A DNA stretch of 64,000 bases from Rubritalea profundi (GCF_002954445.1 NZ_MQWA01000001.1:1988733-2052732), one strand, 5' to 3'. Positions 1 to 11,145 are shown, counted from the stretch's first letter. Numbers and translations: made by a program. Notes: generated by a model from the letters alone, not told the origin.

Positions 1-214
1 AATGGCGTGGAAGCAGGCTGTTGCAGATGGTGCCCGTGAAAGTGGCTGCACGGTCCATTATGTAGACGCGGGCATGGATACCGGGCCAATCATTAAGCAG
101 GCTAAGGTGGCTGTAATAGCTGGAGACACTGCCGAGACTCTACACGCACGTATTCAGCTGGAAGAGCATTCGCTGTACCCTGAAGTGATCGCAGCTATAG
201 CTGCCCAGCAGTAA
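1..214 (+). CDS. purN: Phosphoribosylglycinamide formyltransferase, C-terminal part (5' end lies outside the window)
   Basis: ORF 2..214. The translation ...GCTVHYVDAGMDTGPIIKQAKVAVIAGDTAETLHARIQLEEHSLYPEVI matches the conserved PurN C-terminus (H..V....D.GPII.Q..V.V...D....L..R....EH..YP). Confidence 0.75.
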   Translation, partial: MAWKQAVADGARESGCTVHYVDAGMDTGPIIKQAKVAVIAGDTAETLHARIQLEEHSLYPEVIAAIAAQQ

Positions 215-314
215 GCTGAGGCACTGACATTATTGTTTTAGCGCCTCGGTGTAACCTTGTGCGAGGTGAATAGGACTTCATCGTGTCGGCCTTATTGACT
301 AAGGACAGGGCGGA

Positions 315-776
315 TTACCGGCCCTTATTGAAGCGTGACATTTCACGCTGAGCTTCGCGCTTTTCGACTTGGTCTTTGAGTGCGTGACGCTTGTCGGTGT
401 GGGTCTTGCCCTTGGCGACTCCGATCTCTACTTTGACCTTGCGGTTATGCCAGTACATCCGGAGGCAGACGAGAGTACAGCCCTTTTGTGAGGTTTGTAG
501 GTCGAGCTTAAGAATCTCGGACTTGTGCACTAAAAGGCGACGTGGGCGGCGTGACTGATGCTGAAACCATGATCCTGCGGTTTCCCATGGTTGGATGTCA
601 CAGCCGTATAGAAAAAGCTGACCCTTTTCGACGCGAGCGAAGGAGTCAGCAATGTTGACTTTGCCAGCACGGATGGATTTCACCTCCGTGCCTTTGAGTT
701 CCATGCCAGCTTCGTAGGTCTCGAGAATGTGGTATTCGTGACGGGCTTTTCTGTTTTTAGAAATCTCGTCACTCAT
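315..776 (-). CDS. smpB: SsrA-binding protein SmpB
   Basis: 153 aa. Motifs KARHEYHILETYEAGMELKGTEVKSIRAGK and KGCTLVCLRMYWHNRKVKVEIGVAKGK align with E. coli SmpB over the full length. Confidence 0.9.
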   Translation of the reverse strand: MSDEISKNRKARHEYHILETYEAGMELKGTEVKSIRAGKVNIADSFARVEKGQLFLYGCDIQPWETAGSWFQHQSRRPRRLLVHKSEILKLDLQTSQKGCTLVCLRMYWHNRKVKVEIGVAKGKTHTDKRHALKDQVEKREAQREMSRFNKGR

Positions 777-812
777 AGGATTCTCAAATCGCTGGTTGGT
801 GAAGGAGCGAGG

Positions 813-1094
813 CTACTCTTTTAGATTTTCAAATGTGCCAGGAATGACTTTGAGCTTACCTTCGATGATTTCGGTAAGTGCAATGTCAGCAGCTCCCATG
901 CTTGGGAGTGTTTCAACGAGTGGAGCTCGGCCAGTGTTGAGTTGGCGTACGCGCTGAGAGACTACGTTGATGAGTACTTGTGGATCGCTGACGATCTCTG
1001 CTGCTTGTTCGACTAGGTCGCTTTTCATAGATGTTCCTGGAAATCGATTCACTGGCTTAGGTTGTTCAAACGGGATGATGTTTGAGTCGTCCAT
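813..1094 (-). CDS. rpoZ: DNA-directed RNA polymerase subunit omega
   Basis: 93 aa. The pattern VVSQRVRQLNTGRAPLV...ALTEIIEGKL is typical of RpoZ (Q..R..QL..G..PLV ... AL.EI.EGKL). Confidence 0.65.
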   Translation of the reverse strand: MDDSNIIPFEQPKPVNRFPGTSMKSDLVEQAAEIVSDPQVLINVVSQRVRQLNTGRAPLVETLPSMGAADIALTEIIEGKLKVIPGTFENLKE

Positions 1095-1467
1095 ATTCCA
1101 GTGTCGTGTTTTGATTTTTTAAGGTGGCAGTTGGTTGCCGAGCTTTACAAGGGATGGTTGAACCTCTTTTCTTTAAAAGAATCAAGCCCAATCTGCAACT
1201 TGTGGCGCATGATTGGGCTTGATTAGGAATGTTAGGCACAGAACCGGAAAATTCCCCCCGAAATACCGATTCTGGCCAGACGAACAACTTGCGTTGTGTC
1301 ATGCAAATACCCTGCACTGGATCCTAGTTTGCTGCAAGCTTTTTTTGTATGTATTCTCAGAAAAGGCATTCAGAGGTTTGGAATAGGACGCATAATCTTC
1401 CTAGATATAAAGGGATCAAGTGATACTGTGGGATGAACTAAAGGCCTACTGGAAGATTAGGTTGCCT

Positions 1468-2355
1468 TTACTCGCGCTTTAGAGCGTCAGAGAAGCTGGT
1501 GCGCTGGGCCTTTGGAAATGCCTGAAGGAATGCGCTGCTGTCGAGTCCATGGGCGAAAGGATACGGGCTGTCGCTGTAGTCGACTAGCTGCTTGCCATGG
1601 TGGGTGTTGATAGCGGAACAAATCTCGGCGATGCTTAGGGATTGAGCGGGTAAATTGTAGCGGGCGAAATGCTCGGGGCTTTCTAATAATGCGAGGGCGT
1701 GCTGCTGGCCAACGTCTCGGCTGTAGTGGAATCCAGTCCTTCCTCCAAAGGGGATCGTGAAATGCTTTCCCTCTTGAGCGGCCTTGATGGCTTGGGTAAT
1801 ACCCGCTGTGGAGCCGTCACTGCCACGTGTCGGACCATAGATGATTTGTGGACGTAAAATAGTGGCTGGTATCTGATAGTGCAGAGCATAGCACTCGATG
1901 AGTTGTTCTGCCGCTAGTTTGGTGGCTGTGTAGGGATTGAGCGGAATAGTAGTGGCCAGTTCATCTACAAAGCTCCCGTCATCAGGAACTTTGTAAACTG
2001 CGGCGGTACTAGTGAAAATGAGACGTTGAATTTTGCCATAGAGACGGATGGCTTCGAGTACATTGTTGGTCCCCGTGATATTGACTTCTACTGCACGCGC
2101 GGGGTTATTTTTACAATCCGTGGTGCGCAAGCCTGCGGCATGAAGGACGTGAGTGACTGCATGGTCGTTGAGTACCGCAAAAATCGATGGGAGATCGAGG
2201 ATGTCTGCCTGAACGTACTGTACTCCTTGGATCGGATTGACTGCAGTAGTGCCGCGCGAGAGGCAAATAATATGATCCACACCACGCGAAAGGAGCGCAT
2301 GTGTGGTCTCTATTCCGACGCAGCCTGAACCGCCAATGATGAGCACTGTTGCCAT
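1468..2355 (-). CDS. NAD-dependent epimerase/dehydratase family protein (extended SDR)
   Basis: 295 aa. N-terminal Rossmann motif VLIIGGSGCVGIE, and a YxxxK-type region (PYTATKLAAE) characteristic of SDR-type sugar-nucleotide epimerases. Confidence 0.75.
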   Translation of the reverse strand: MATVLIIGGSGCVGIETTHALLSRGVDHIICLSRGTTAVNPIQGVQYVQADILDLPSIFAVLNDHAVTHVLHAAGLRTTDCKNNPARAVEVNITGTNNVLEAIRLYGKIQRLIFTSTAAVYKVPDDGSFVDELATTIPLNPYTATKLAAEQLIECYALHYQIPATILRPQIIYGPTRGSDGSTAGITQAIKAAQEGKHFTIPFGGRTGFHYSRDVGQQHALALLESPEHFARYNLPAQSLSIAEICSAINTHHGKQLVDYSDSPYPFAHGLDSSAFLQAFPKAQRTSFSDALKRE

Positions 2356-2432
2356 GCTCCAGCAATAGCGAATACTGGGGGTTCTAGCAAGTTGGATATG
2401 CGTTGCGCTTATTTCCGGCAGTGAGCTGGGGG

Positions 2433-4757
2433 CTATTTTTTCTTGAGTTCAAAAGACTCAAAAAAGCGCTCAAAAGCATCTGGGAAGTGGCTCTTGAGGG
2501 CTACTTCATATTCCTCATGGCTGGTGAGTTCTATGTCTCCTTCTGGGCCGATGAAGCGGGTGAGCGTGAGTTTTGTGCCAGGTCGTCCATCAAAGTAGTG
2601 TGGCCAGGTGAAAAACGCTTTGTATCCTTCTCTGGTCAAGAGCATGGCCTCTTTGGTGATCCCTCCTTGGGCCGTGGTGGCGATGCTTGTTCGGGCTGGT
2701 GGTGAGCTGAGTAGTGAGACTCCTGCTGTGTCGAGTGGGGTGGAGTCATCACGGAGGTAATGCAACAGGCTCGGCATGAGGTCTAGGTGGCTCGCTTCGG
2801 CGACCTCAGGACCTCGACCAATCGATTTGGGCCACTTGATGAGCATCGGAACTTTGACTTGTTCGTCTTCGAGCGATGAGACGTGGAGCCAGCCGCCGTG
2901 GTCTTGAAATTCCTCACCGTGGTCGCCGGTGAAGATGATGATCGAGTCGTCATATTGCCCGACACTTTTGAGGTGCTCGCAGAAACCTTTAGCCAGTGAA
3001 TCAGCCCATGCGAGCGAGTTGAAGTATTGATTTTTGATCAACTCAGTTTCTTCACTTGATGGCGAAGAGGGGAAGAAGGCATGAGGGTAGTATTCCTTAA
3101 ATGGAGGATCGAAGTCCTCGTGCCATGAATACTTGTAGTGAGTCGAGTCAATCGTAGCGATGGTGAAATGGCCGCCAGCATCGCGAGTGCTGATGAGGTT
3201 CTGTAGGTCGTTGAAGACAATGACTTCGCGCTCAGGGTAACTGAGGTCAAAGCTGGGGTCGCCCTCCACGTTTTCACGTATCGTGCTGAAAGGGGAGTCG
3301 TTGAGCCCATGGAAGTGGCGGCGCATGTCGCGGAAGTCGAGGTTCTTGGCGGTGTGCACCTGCAGGTCGTAGCCCGATTTCTGGAGAATGTGGAAGATGG
3401 GGAGACCGGGCCAGTCTTGCTCTCTTGCGAGGTCACGGCTGTGTTCGCGAGCTGTCGAGGTCTGGCTGGTAAAGGTGCTGAACCACGATAGGTGGGTGCC
3501 ATTGGAGGCGGCCCAGGTGTGGCCGATTGGCTGGGCTTCGTTTTCTGCAAATTCGTAGAGAAATGGGGTCACGTCAGAGCGCAGTGCATCGTGGCGGAAT
3601 GACTCGATAAAGACCAAGTAAATATCTGGGCGTTGTTTCAGATCGAACTCTTGCTGCTGGTCTTGCCAATGGTGATCGCGAAAGGTCACTTGAAAATGTG
3701 CGAGTCCGTCGGGTGGACGTACTGGCGAGAGTTGGATGCCAAATTCCTTATATTCCTGCATCCAGCTCCGGCGAGGTTTCCAAGATTTTCCGATGGCTTG
3801 TTCAACGGATGCTCCTGTGAATCCTATAACGATGGCGACAAGCATCCAGATGGGGGCGGTGTGGAGTTTCCATTTCCTCGCAAGGCGAGATGTACCATAA
3901 GTCAGAATGCAGAAGACGAGTACAACGGCGAGTCCGATACCGGCAAAGGCGGGAGCTGTGAGGTGGATGCCTGCTCCTTGGAGTTCGGTTCCAAAATTCA
4001 TCAGGCCCTTGGTGCCGAGTTTGTTGAGGAATCCGAGAAATGTCTGGTTCCAGTAGCCGTGGAGAAGTCGGTCGAGCACGATGGCTATAGGGGCCATCGA
4101 GGCAATGACCCAAACCCATGGGCGAATCCAGCGTGGGCCAGTATCAATCGAGAGCCGAGTGGCAAAATAAAGCACGCCGATCAGGCTTAGTTGGGTGAAC
4201 ATTCGGTTGATGAAAAGACTGATCTTGTGCCAAAAACCAAGCTCTAGCATTCCCGAAATGAGCTCGTAGTTGTGCCACAGTAGCAGGGTGTAGAGAGCGA
4301 AGAAAAACGGACCATTCCACGGGTGTTTACGCATCAGCCATGCGGCAAGAATCTTTAACTCAGCACGAGTCGGAGTGGGGTGGTGGGAGAACTTTATAGC
4401 GCAGGTGATAATCGCCAGCGCTAAGACGAAACCAGCCGCTAGGTAAGCATAACCGGTAAGTAGGTCCAGTACTCCAAGCGTGAGTATAAGGCCAAGTCCG
4501 CAGAGGGTGGTAATCATCCACGTCTTCGCTTTGTGTTCTTTAAAGTCCCCTATGTTGAGCCAGCGTGACAGCCCCCCCCAGAGAGCTGCACCACTGGCAG
4601 CCAGTCCTAGAAAGATCAAAATGTGGCTACCTAAGTAGCTCTCGCCCAAGTAGGGGGAGATCTTATTGCTCCCAAATTCATGCTGACGCAAAAAGGGAAT
4701 CAATCCATAACATAGGCCGCAGAGCCAGAGGAGAGTGTGGAGTATTTTGTAGGGCAT
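2433..4757 (-). CDS. Sulfatase-family membrane protein (LTA synthase / phosphoglycerol- or phosphoethanolamine-transferase-like; OpgB/MdoB-like architecture)
   Basis: 774 aa. About 330 aa of polytopic membrane domain is followed by an alkaline-phosphatase/sulfatase-type domain (DIYLVFIESFR...IIFTGDHGEEF). Confidence 0.75.
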   Translation of the reverse strand: MPYKILHTLLWLCGLCYGLIPFLRQHEFGSNKISPYLGESYLGSHILIFLGLAASGAALWGGLSRWLNIGDFKEHKAKTWMITTLCGLGLILTLGVLDLLTGYAYLAAGFVLALAIITCAIKFSHHPTPTRAELKILAAWLMRKHPWNGPFFFALYTLLLWHNYELISGMLELGFWHKISLFINRMFTQLSLIGVLYFATRLSIDTGPRWIRPWVWVIASMAPIAIVLDRLLHGYWNQTFLGFLNKLGTKGLMNFGTELQGAGIHLTAPAFAGIGLAVVLVFCILTYGTSRLARKWKLHTAPIWMLVAIVIGFTGASVEQAIGKSWKPRRSWMQEYKEFGIQLSPVRPPDGLAHFQVTFRDHHWQDQQQEFDLKQRPDIYLVFIESFRHDALRSDVTPFLYEFAENEAQPIGHTWAASNGTHLSWFSTFTSQTSTAREHSRDLAREQDWPGLPIFHILQKSGYDLQVHTAKNLDFRDMRRHFHGLNDSPFSTIRENVEGDPSFDLSYPEREVIVFNDLQNLISTRDAGGHFTIATIDSTHYKYSWHEDFDPPFKEYYPHAFFPSSPSSEETELIKNQYFNSLAWADSLAKGFCEHLKSVGQYDDSIIIFTGDHGEEFQDHGGWLHVSSLEDEQVKVPMLIKWPKSIGRGPEVAEASHLDLMPSLLHYLRDDSTPLDTAGVSLLSSPPARTSIATTAQGGITKEAMLLTREGYKAFFTWPHYFDGRPGTKLTLTRFIGPEGDIELTSHEEYEVALKSHFPDAFERFFESFELKKK

Positions 4758-4900
4758 GAAATTGACTGCAAACTACTTGAGTGCATCTCTAGATGCTCCA
4801 GTATTGAGTATTTTCAAGACAATTTCTTAGCTATTAGACGGGCTCCTCTAGGTCTGTAAGTGAGGGGCGGCAGCGATGAGTAACCTAGAATTAGGCCGTA

Positions 4901-5611
4901 TTAGACCTCGCGCTTGAGCGCGGCAGTGAGCTTTCCGCCAATCGCTGATTGGAGGATGTGATCCCAGTCTTCTTCGTCGTCGACATCTCTGAGTTCGGGT
5001 AAATGGACGAGAGTGAGTCCCATCTTGGTGGCTGCTAGTTCGGTTTCTGATCGGGTGTTTTCCGAGCTCCAGTTGATGTTTTGAAAGAGCTGAGGGGACT
5101 TTTGCGCGGTAGCGAGGAGGTAGTAGCCACCGTCCTCGCTGGGGCCAATCAGGCAACTATCTTGCTTCACATGAGAAAAGCCCGTATTGATCCATCGCGC
5201 CCCACAGTGGATGCAATCTGAGCCAATGACGGCGACTTTCGTGTAGCCTTCATCAAAGGCCTGCGAGGCAGCTCTCTCCAACCGGTTGCCGAGGTGGCCA
5301 TCGCCCTGGGCTCTGAAATCGATAGTGAATGCGGGCGCATTTTTTTCCGGAGTGAACAAGAAGTTTTCAGCTTGTTTGGCCGTGTGACCTCTGAGTTGGG
5401 GGAGGATCCAGAAGCTGATTGCGTCACCGGCGTCATCGGGTGCGTAACAAAATCTCACGTGGGTGTCCTTGAGTCCTTCGAGTTGCTGCAAGAGCACCGC
5501 CACCAAAGCTCGATAGCGTCTTGCTGCTTCCTCGTGGCCCACGGAATGAGCTAAGCGTGTTTTCACCATTCCCGGTGTGGGTTCTTTAAGGAAAATGAGC
5601 AGGGCATTCAT
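4901..5611 (-). CDS. DUF2064/TIGR04282-family (MobA-like nucleotidyltransferase fold) protein
   Basis: 236 aa. The N-terminus ALLIFLKEPTPGMVKTRL is the signature start of the DUF2064 family. Confidence 0.6.
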   Translation of the reverse strand: MNALLIFLKEPTPGMVKTRLAHSVGHEEAARRYRALVAVLLQQLEGLKDTHVRFCYAPDDAGDAISFWILPQLRGHTAKQAENFLFTPEKNAPAFTIDFRAQGDGHLGNRLERAASQAFDEGYTKVAVIGSDCIHCGARWINTGFSHVKQDSCLIGPSEDGGYYLLATAQKSPQLFQNINWSSENTRSETELAATKMGLTLVHLPELRDVDDEEDWDHILQSAIGGKLTAALKREV

Positions 5612-5703
5612 AGCTTCAATGACATTTTGGGGTCGGTAAGCTTATTAATAAGAGGGAATGCTCTGACAGTCGAGTGAATCTAGTTGGGGGTATAGAGGGG
5701 ATT

Positions 5704-7068
5704 TTAGCTGAGAATGCCACTCACGACATTGGCTGGCTGTACTCCTGTAGGCTTATGGTTGAGGCCTTGGAAGCTAAATGTGAATCGGTTTTGGTCCATG
5801 CCGAGGCAGTTTAAAATGGTGGCATTCAAGTCGCGGATGTGGACTGGATTTTCAACGATGTTGTAGGAAAAGTCGTCAGTGAGTCCATAGCTGGTACCCG
5901 CTTTGATTCCGCCACCGGCAGCCCACATGCTGAAGCATCGGCCGTGGTGGTCTCTTCCTGTACCAAGCTTCCCTTGGCTGTAGACTGTGCGGCCAAATTC
6001 TCCACCCCAGACAACGAGGGTGTCATCCAGTAAGCCACGCTGCTCGAGGTCGGTGATGAGTGCGGCGGATGCTTGATCTGTGTCGCTGCATTGATTTGCT
6101 AAATGACTTTTTAGACTATTGTGCTGGTCCCAGCCGCGATGAAAAAGCTGGGTGAAGCGGACACCGCGCTCGGCCATTCTGCGGGCCATCAAGCAATTAT
6201 AGGCGTAGGTGCCAGGTTGGCGGGCATCTTCACCATATAATTCAAAAATTGAGTCCGGTTCATCGGAGAGGTCAGCGAGTTCTGGTGCGGACGTCTGCAT
6301 GCGGAAGGCCATTTCATATTGGCTGATCCGAGTGAGGATTTCAGGGTCAGCCATTTGCTCGTGGCGGATCTGGTTGAGCTGAGCCAGATCATCGAGCATG
6401 TTGCGTCTGTCATTGCGCGAGACTCCTGCTGGGTCATTAAGGAAAAGGACGGGGTCTTTGCCGCTGCGGAATTGCACACCTTGGTGGCTGGAGGGTAAGA
6501 ATCCGCTGCCCCATAGACGTGAAAAGATCGGCTGGCCCGGGTCTTTTCCTGTGCCTTGAGATAAAAGGACCACATAGGATGGCAGGTTTTCGTTCATGCT
6601 GCCAAGGCCGTAGGATATCCATGACCCCATACTGGGGAGTCCTGGGAACTGCGAGCCGGTATTGATAAATGTGATGCCCGGGTCGTGGTTGATTGCTTCT
6701 GTATGCATCGACCGGATGACGGCGATTTTATCGGCAATTTTCGAAGTGTGTGGTAGCAAGTCACTTATCCACTGGGCGCTTTCTCCATGTTGGCTGAATT
6801 TGGCAATACTTTTGCAGAGTGGGAGGCTTTTTTGTCCAGAGGTCATTCCGGTAAGCCGTTGGCCTTGGCGGACCGAGTCGGGAAGTTCTTTGCCGTGTTG
6901 ATCAACGAGCTTGGGTTTGTGGTCAAAGAGGTCGATATGGGATGGCCCGCCGGACTGAAACAGATAAATGACCCGCTTTGCCTTGGGGGCAAAATTGGGG
7001 GTGCCAATTGTCGGGGCGCTGGCAGCTGAAGCCAGCGAGTCAGAGGCCAATAGGCTTTTGGCAGCCAT
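5704..7068 (-). CDS. DUF1501 domain protein (sulfatase-like, PVC-type)
   Basis: 454 aa. Starts with a Tat-like N-terminus and carries [14 protein letters not shown] and GRDHHG motifs. Pairs with the downstream PSCyt/DUF1553 gene, as is typical for Planctomycetes/Verrucomicrobia. Confidence 0.85.
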   Translation of the reverse strand: MAAKSLLASDSLASAASAPTIGTPNFAPKAKRVIYLFQSGGPSHIDLFDHKPKLVDQHGKELPDSVRQGQRLTGMTSGQKSLPLCKSIAKFSQHGESAQWISDLLPHTSKIADKIAVIRSMHTEAINHDPGITFINTGSQFPGLPSMGSWISYGLGSMNENLPSYVVLLSQGTGKDPGQPIFSRLWGSGFLPSSHQGVQFRSGKDPVLFLNDPAGVSRNDRRNMLDDLAQLNQIRHEQMADPEILTRISQYEMAFRMQTSAPELADLSDEPDSIFELYGEDARQPGTYAYNCLMARRMAERGVRFTQLFHRGWDQHNSLKSHLANQCSDTDQASAALITDLEQRGLLDDTLVVWGGEFGRTVYSQGKLGTGRDHHGRCFSMWAAGGGIKAGTSYGLTDDFSYNIVENPVHIRDLNATILNCLGMDQNRFTFSFQGLNHKPTGVQPANVVSGILS

Positions 7069-7141
7069 TGCTCCAATACCTAGCCCAGTGAGTCCTAGGA
7101 AGCTCCGGCGCGAGATTGAATTGAGGTGGTCTTCAAGTGGT

Positions 7142-9679
7142 TCATGGGCGAGTGATCGATTCGTCTAAGTTCAGTAAAGTGGAGCCGAGGATTGCATAAG
7201 CAGCCAATTCGGGAGTTTGCTTTGTGGCTTTCACTGTACTTTGAATAAGTTGCTGAGCTGCACGCAGGTCGCTAGTGAAGCGGTGAATGTTTTCTAAGAT
7301 GGATTTTTCAAGGATCTGGGCTTCCTGAGGGGATGGATTCCTGCCCATGGTGAGGCGGAATCCGTAGTTGATTCTGCTGCTATGGTTGCTGCCACCTTGG
7401 TGCAGTATGCGATGCCCTAGAGCTAAGCCAGCCTTCACGAACTGAGGTTCATTCATCAGGACCAGCGCTTGCAGAGGAGTATTGGTGCTTCCTCTAACGA
7501 CCGAACATGTTTCACGGCTAGGAGCATCGAACAGCACCATGGATGGCGGTGGGGATGTTCGCTTCCAAAAGGTGTAGATGCTGCGGCGGTAGGCAGTGTC
7601 CTCTTGGCCATGGAGGAAAATTTGTGAGGTGAATGGGCTGGTGTAGCCATAGTGGCTCACCTCGCTCCACAGCTCGGGTTGTGGTGGGTGGACGCTGGGT
7701 CCACCTACGGCGCGATTGAGTAGCCCGCTGTGAGCCAGAGCTTGATCGCGGATGATTTCAGCGGGGATGCGTGGTCTTGGCGAACGTGCAAAGAAGAGGT
7801 TGCGTGGGTCTTTTTCTTGATGTTCAGCTGAGGACACGGCCGACTGGCGGTAGGTCTCCGAGTTGAGAATTGTTTTAAGAACGTGGCGGATATTCCAGCC
7901 GTTCTCGACAAAATCGACAGCTAGCCAATCGAGTAACTCCGGGTGGCTCGGCCAAGATCCTTGGTTTCCAAAGTCACCAGCAGTTTCTACGATACCGCGG
8001 CCAAAGAGCATTTGCCATGTGCGGTTAACTGCGACGCGTGCAGTAAGCGGGTTTTTAGGGTCGGTGATCCAGCGTGCAAGGTCCAGTCGTGTGGACGATT
8101 CTGAGCCGCCGATAGCGGGCAAGACGGCAGGAACCCCCGTTGAAACCTCTTCGCCAAGTTGGTCGTAGGCTCCTCGAATGAGGATGTGGGTTTTGCGCAA
8201 CGCTGGCTTGTGGTCCATCACCATGACGGTGGTCTGACCACGCTTGATGTCTCTATTGAGAACTTTGATTTCAACCCCCAGAGTTTTTAGGAAGATCTTC
8301 ATTTCGGTAGCCAGGGGGGAGCTTGAACTGATAAATCCATCATTGACGGTTTTCCAGTCTGCGGTGCTTCGTGTCTCTTGCTTGGCGGTTAGGGATTTAG
8401 CTAACGGTCCAGTGGCTTTTTTCTTTTGTTCTGCTTCCCAGAGCTCGCGAGCTTTGACGAGGTGTGCTGGAGGATAGCGTTTGAAGAGTTCGAGCTCGGC
8501 GACGCGAGATTTCAATCCATCGATTCCGCCATTTGCCAGCGGCGAGGTATAGGCCATCAATGGTGGAGTGTTGGCGTTGGTGGCTGCCTCTCCGGGTTCA
8601 GATGAGGCGTTAAAGAAGGCGTAGAAACTAAAGTATTCTTTTTGAGAAATTGGGTCGTATTTATGGTCGTGGCACTGGGCGCACTTCATGGTGAGTCCCA
8701 GGATCGCTGTGGCAACGGCATCCACTTTATCTAGGTTCTGGTTGACCCGGTATTCTTCGGCGATAGTGCCGCCCTCATGGGTGCTCATGTTGTTGCGAAG
8801 GAATCCGGTGGCGGCAATCTGGTCAGGGGTCGCATTGGGAATCAGGTCGCCAGCAATTTGCTCGGTGAGGAACTGATCGTAGGGTTGGTTTTTCTGGAAA
8901 GCATGGATTACCCAATCCCGCCACGCCCACATGTCGCGGTGGTCATCGATCGAGAACCCGTGGGTGTCGGCATAACGCGCGGCATCTAACCATGGCATCG
9001 CGAGACGTTCGGCGAAGTGTGGCGAGTCCATTAGCTGCCGGATCAAATTCCCCCAACGATCAGGTGCGGTATCAGAGAGGTAGCGGTTGATATCTTCAAC
9101 TGATGGCGGGAGCCCGGTGAGATCGAGATAGAGACGGCGCACTAAAATTTCCTCGGGAGCTTGCTTACTGGGCTTGAGTCCCTCGGTCTTCAAGCGCGCT
9201 CTGATAAAGCTATCGACAGGGTTTTGTGTGGCTGGTGATTGCGGGAGTGCGGCCTTGGTGGGCGGGACAAACGACCAGTGCGGCTCGTACTCGGCTCCCG
9301 ATTTAATCCATTTCTTTAGGGTTTGAATCTGCTCCTTTTTCAGGTTGACGAGATGAGCGTCTGCTGGAGGCATGATGAGGTCTGGATCGGTGGTGATTAG
9401 CCGCTTGATCAATTCACTTGCTTCAGGGTCACCTGGGACGATGGCTGGCGGTGAGTCCTTGCGCGTAGCTATGGCTGCTTCGCGGAGATCAAGCCGGAGC
9501 TCACCGCCGCGGTGTTCTGGGTCTTGGCCGTGACAGAAAAAGCAATTTTCAGAGAGGATCGGCCTGATGTCTCGATTGAACTTAACTTCCTCGGCAAAGC
9601 TATGGGAGCAGGTCGCCCAAAAATTTACCACCATGGCTAGTGTGATTGGGCTAAGGAAGGACTTCATGATGCAGTGCAT
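7142..9679 (-). CDS. PSCyt1/PSCyt2/PSD1 (DUF1549/DUF1553) protein
   Basis: 845 aa with a signal peptide. Contains the planctomycete cytochrome-like motif [19 protein letters not shown] and [11 protein letters not shown]. The conserved partner of DUF1501 proteins. Confidence 0.85.
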   Translation of the reverse strand: MHCIMKSFLSPITLAMVVNFWATCSHSFAEEVKFNRDIRPILSENCFFCHGQDPEHRGGELRLDLREAAIATRKDSPPAIVPGDPEASELIKRLITTDPDLIMPPADAHLVNLKKEQIQTLKKWIKSGAEYEPHWSFVPPTKAALPQSPATQNPVDSFIRARLKTEGLKPSKQAPEEILVRRLYLDLTGLPPSVEDINRYLSDTAPDRWGNLIRQLMDSPHFAERLAMPWLDAARYADTHGFSIDDHRDMWAWRDWVIHAFQKNQPYDQFLTEQIAGDLIPNATPDQIAATGFLRNNMSTHEGGTIAEEYRVNQNLDKVDAVATAILGLTMKCAQCHDHKYDPISQKEYFSFYAFFNASSEPGEAATNANTPPLMAYTSPLANGGIDGLKSRVAELELFKRYPPAHLVKARELWEAEQKKKATGPLAKSLTAKQETRSTADWKTVNDGFISSSSPLATEMKIFLKTLGVEIKVLNRDIKRGQTTVMVMDHKPALRKTHILIRGAYDQLGEEVSTGVPAVLPAIGGSESSTRLDLARWITDPKNPLTARVAVNRTWQMLFGRGIVETAGDFGNQGSWPSHPELLDWLAVDFVENGWNIRHVLKTILNSETYRQSAVSSAEHQEKDPRNLFFARSPRPRIPAEIIRDQALAHSGLLNRAVGGPSVHPPQPELWSEVSHYGYTSPFTSQIFLHGQEDTAYRRSIYTFWKRTSPPPSMVLFDAPSRETCSVVRGSTNTPLQALVLMNEPQFVKAGLALGHRILHQGGSNHSSRINYGFRLTMGRNPSPQEAQILEKSILENIHRFTSDLRAAQQLIQSTVKATKQTPELAAYAILGSTLLNLDESITRP

Positions 9680-9773
9680 TAGGTAATAAATAGATGGCGT
9701 CTTTCAGTGCGTGTCAAATACTGTGTTTAGCTGTGTGGGCGCGTTTTGATCGCGAGGTTAAGCTTTATAATGG

Positions 9774-10046
9774 TCATTCAGATTTCGAGTCCTGCCGGGC
9801 GCTGTAAACCTCACGATGCAACTCGGATAAGTTGGAGCTATCTCCGTTCGCCGCAGCAACGGTTCTTTTGAGGGCTCCATCTGGATTTACTTTCAATACG
9901 CGCCCTATCCATCGACGAAAGTGCTGCTCGCGTCGTACGAAGAATGTAATGACGTGGATTTCGGATGCTCTTTCGGAATAGCTCGCCAGCTCGTTCCAAC
10001 CCGAAAACGTTTGAGGCTCGATCTCTCCATGGTATAGTTTATTCAT
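9774..10046 (-). CDS. Hypothetical protein (orphan, inside the low-GC islet)
   Basis: 90-aa ORF with no recognisable motif. Lies in an AT-richer segment between housekeeping genes. Confidence 0.3.
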   Translation of the reverse strand: MNKLYHGEIEPQTFSGWNELASYSERASEIHVITFFVRREQHFRRWIGRVLKVNPDGALKRTVAAANGDSSNLSELHREVYSARQDSKSE

Positions 10047-10482
10047 ATCAGTACGTCATGCTGCCACTGATAGCGGTGCGTTGACTGTGGGTTGGTGGTT
10101 AATAGTCATGAATCTGTGTCTAGGAATCCCTTCAGGGAGTTGTAGTGTGATGCGAATTGTCTGCATTCCAGTTGAAATTATTTACTTCGGGTCAACGTTG
10201 TTAGGCGTGTCTTTACAATCAGAATAGCCAAGTGGAATCCCCCCCCTTCTTTAGTAAATACGTAACGATTAAATAGGCCTTCTGGAATCTTCTATTTCAA
10301 CTGGGTGGACAACTACGCTGACACAGGGACAAAGGCAAACGTCACAGAAAAGGCACATTTAAAAGAAGTGTCTGATTGAGATGGCTATCTAAGCTTTCTC
10401 TTGAGTTGAGCTAACCCTTAGTTAGGAGAAGTTGATATTTTTCTATATCGTAGTGATGAGATTATGTTGACTAATTGTTTAT

Positions 10483-11145
10483 ATGAGTATTTACTTGTCA
10501 GTGCGAATCCCCCAACCCCCAACCCCCCCCCAACGCATGCAATATTTTTACGATTTATCCTTACTTGACGTCCGCGGAGAGATCTCCACAGCAATCACTG
10601 TGTTGTATTACGGAAATGAGATTGGAGCATTTTCTGGACCGGATATAAAGACGGTCGATTTGAGTAGGGTCTACGCTGTGGAGATTGATCTCACAGCATA
10701 CGCTAACAATGACAATGGCGTACATAGTTATTCTATTATGTTCTTTGAGAGAAAATGGGACGAAGAGGTCTGGAATCAGAAACTACTTCAGAAAAAGCAC
10801 AACTTAAGATCAGTCACGACCCGAGTGAGCCTTACGGCTGACATGACTGATAACCCTAAGCATGAACATCACATTTTTACTGCATCAAATAGGTATATCG
10901 ACTTTTCGGTATATCCAGAAATAGCCACTTCTCATGTTGTCCCTGTAGAGTATATTGAGCAATTCAATCAGCGATTTGTTGGCTATTTAATGCGGAGTGA
11001 GCGGGTATTTGATGATGTCCATGAAATGATTGGGAAGTACCAACTAGTTGACCTGGTCAGTCAGGATTATGAGCAAGTCAATGACTTGCACGAGAATGTC
11101 AAGGTGCATGCCTACGGAATGTTGAAAAAAAACGCAATAGCTTAA
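10483..11145 (+). CDS. Hypothetical protein (orphan). The start codon is uncertain and is more likely the M at about nt 10537 (MQYFYDL).
   Basis: 220-aa ORF in the low-GC islet with no recognisable family. A C9 homopolymer sits immediately 5' of the internal ATG. Confidence 0.45.
   Translation: MSIYLSVRIPQPPTPPQRMQYFYDLSLLDVRGEISTAITVLYYGNEIGAFSGPDIKTVDLSRVYAVEIDLTAYANNDNGVHSYSIMFFERKWDEEVWNQKLLQKKHNLRSVTTRVSLTADMTDNPKHEHHIFTASNRYIDFSVYPEIATSHVVPVEYIEQFNQRFVGYLMRSERVFDDVHEMIGKYQLVDLVSQDYEQVNDLHENVKVHAYGMLKKNAIA

Noticed and set aside
1066-1317. 83-aa ORF overlapping the rpoZ start region
   Set aside because: Odd composition (Cys/Lys-rich) and no motif. It spans the hairpin and promoter region, so it is more likely non-coding.
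3038-3550. 170-aa minus-frame ORF rich in S/T/P/R lying inside the sulfatase-family gene region
   Set aside because: It fully overlaps a well-supported 774-aa gene in another frame. Its low-complexity, biased composition is typical of an out-of-frame artefact.
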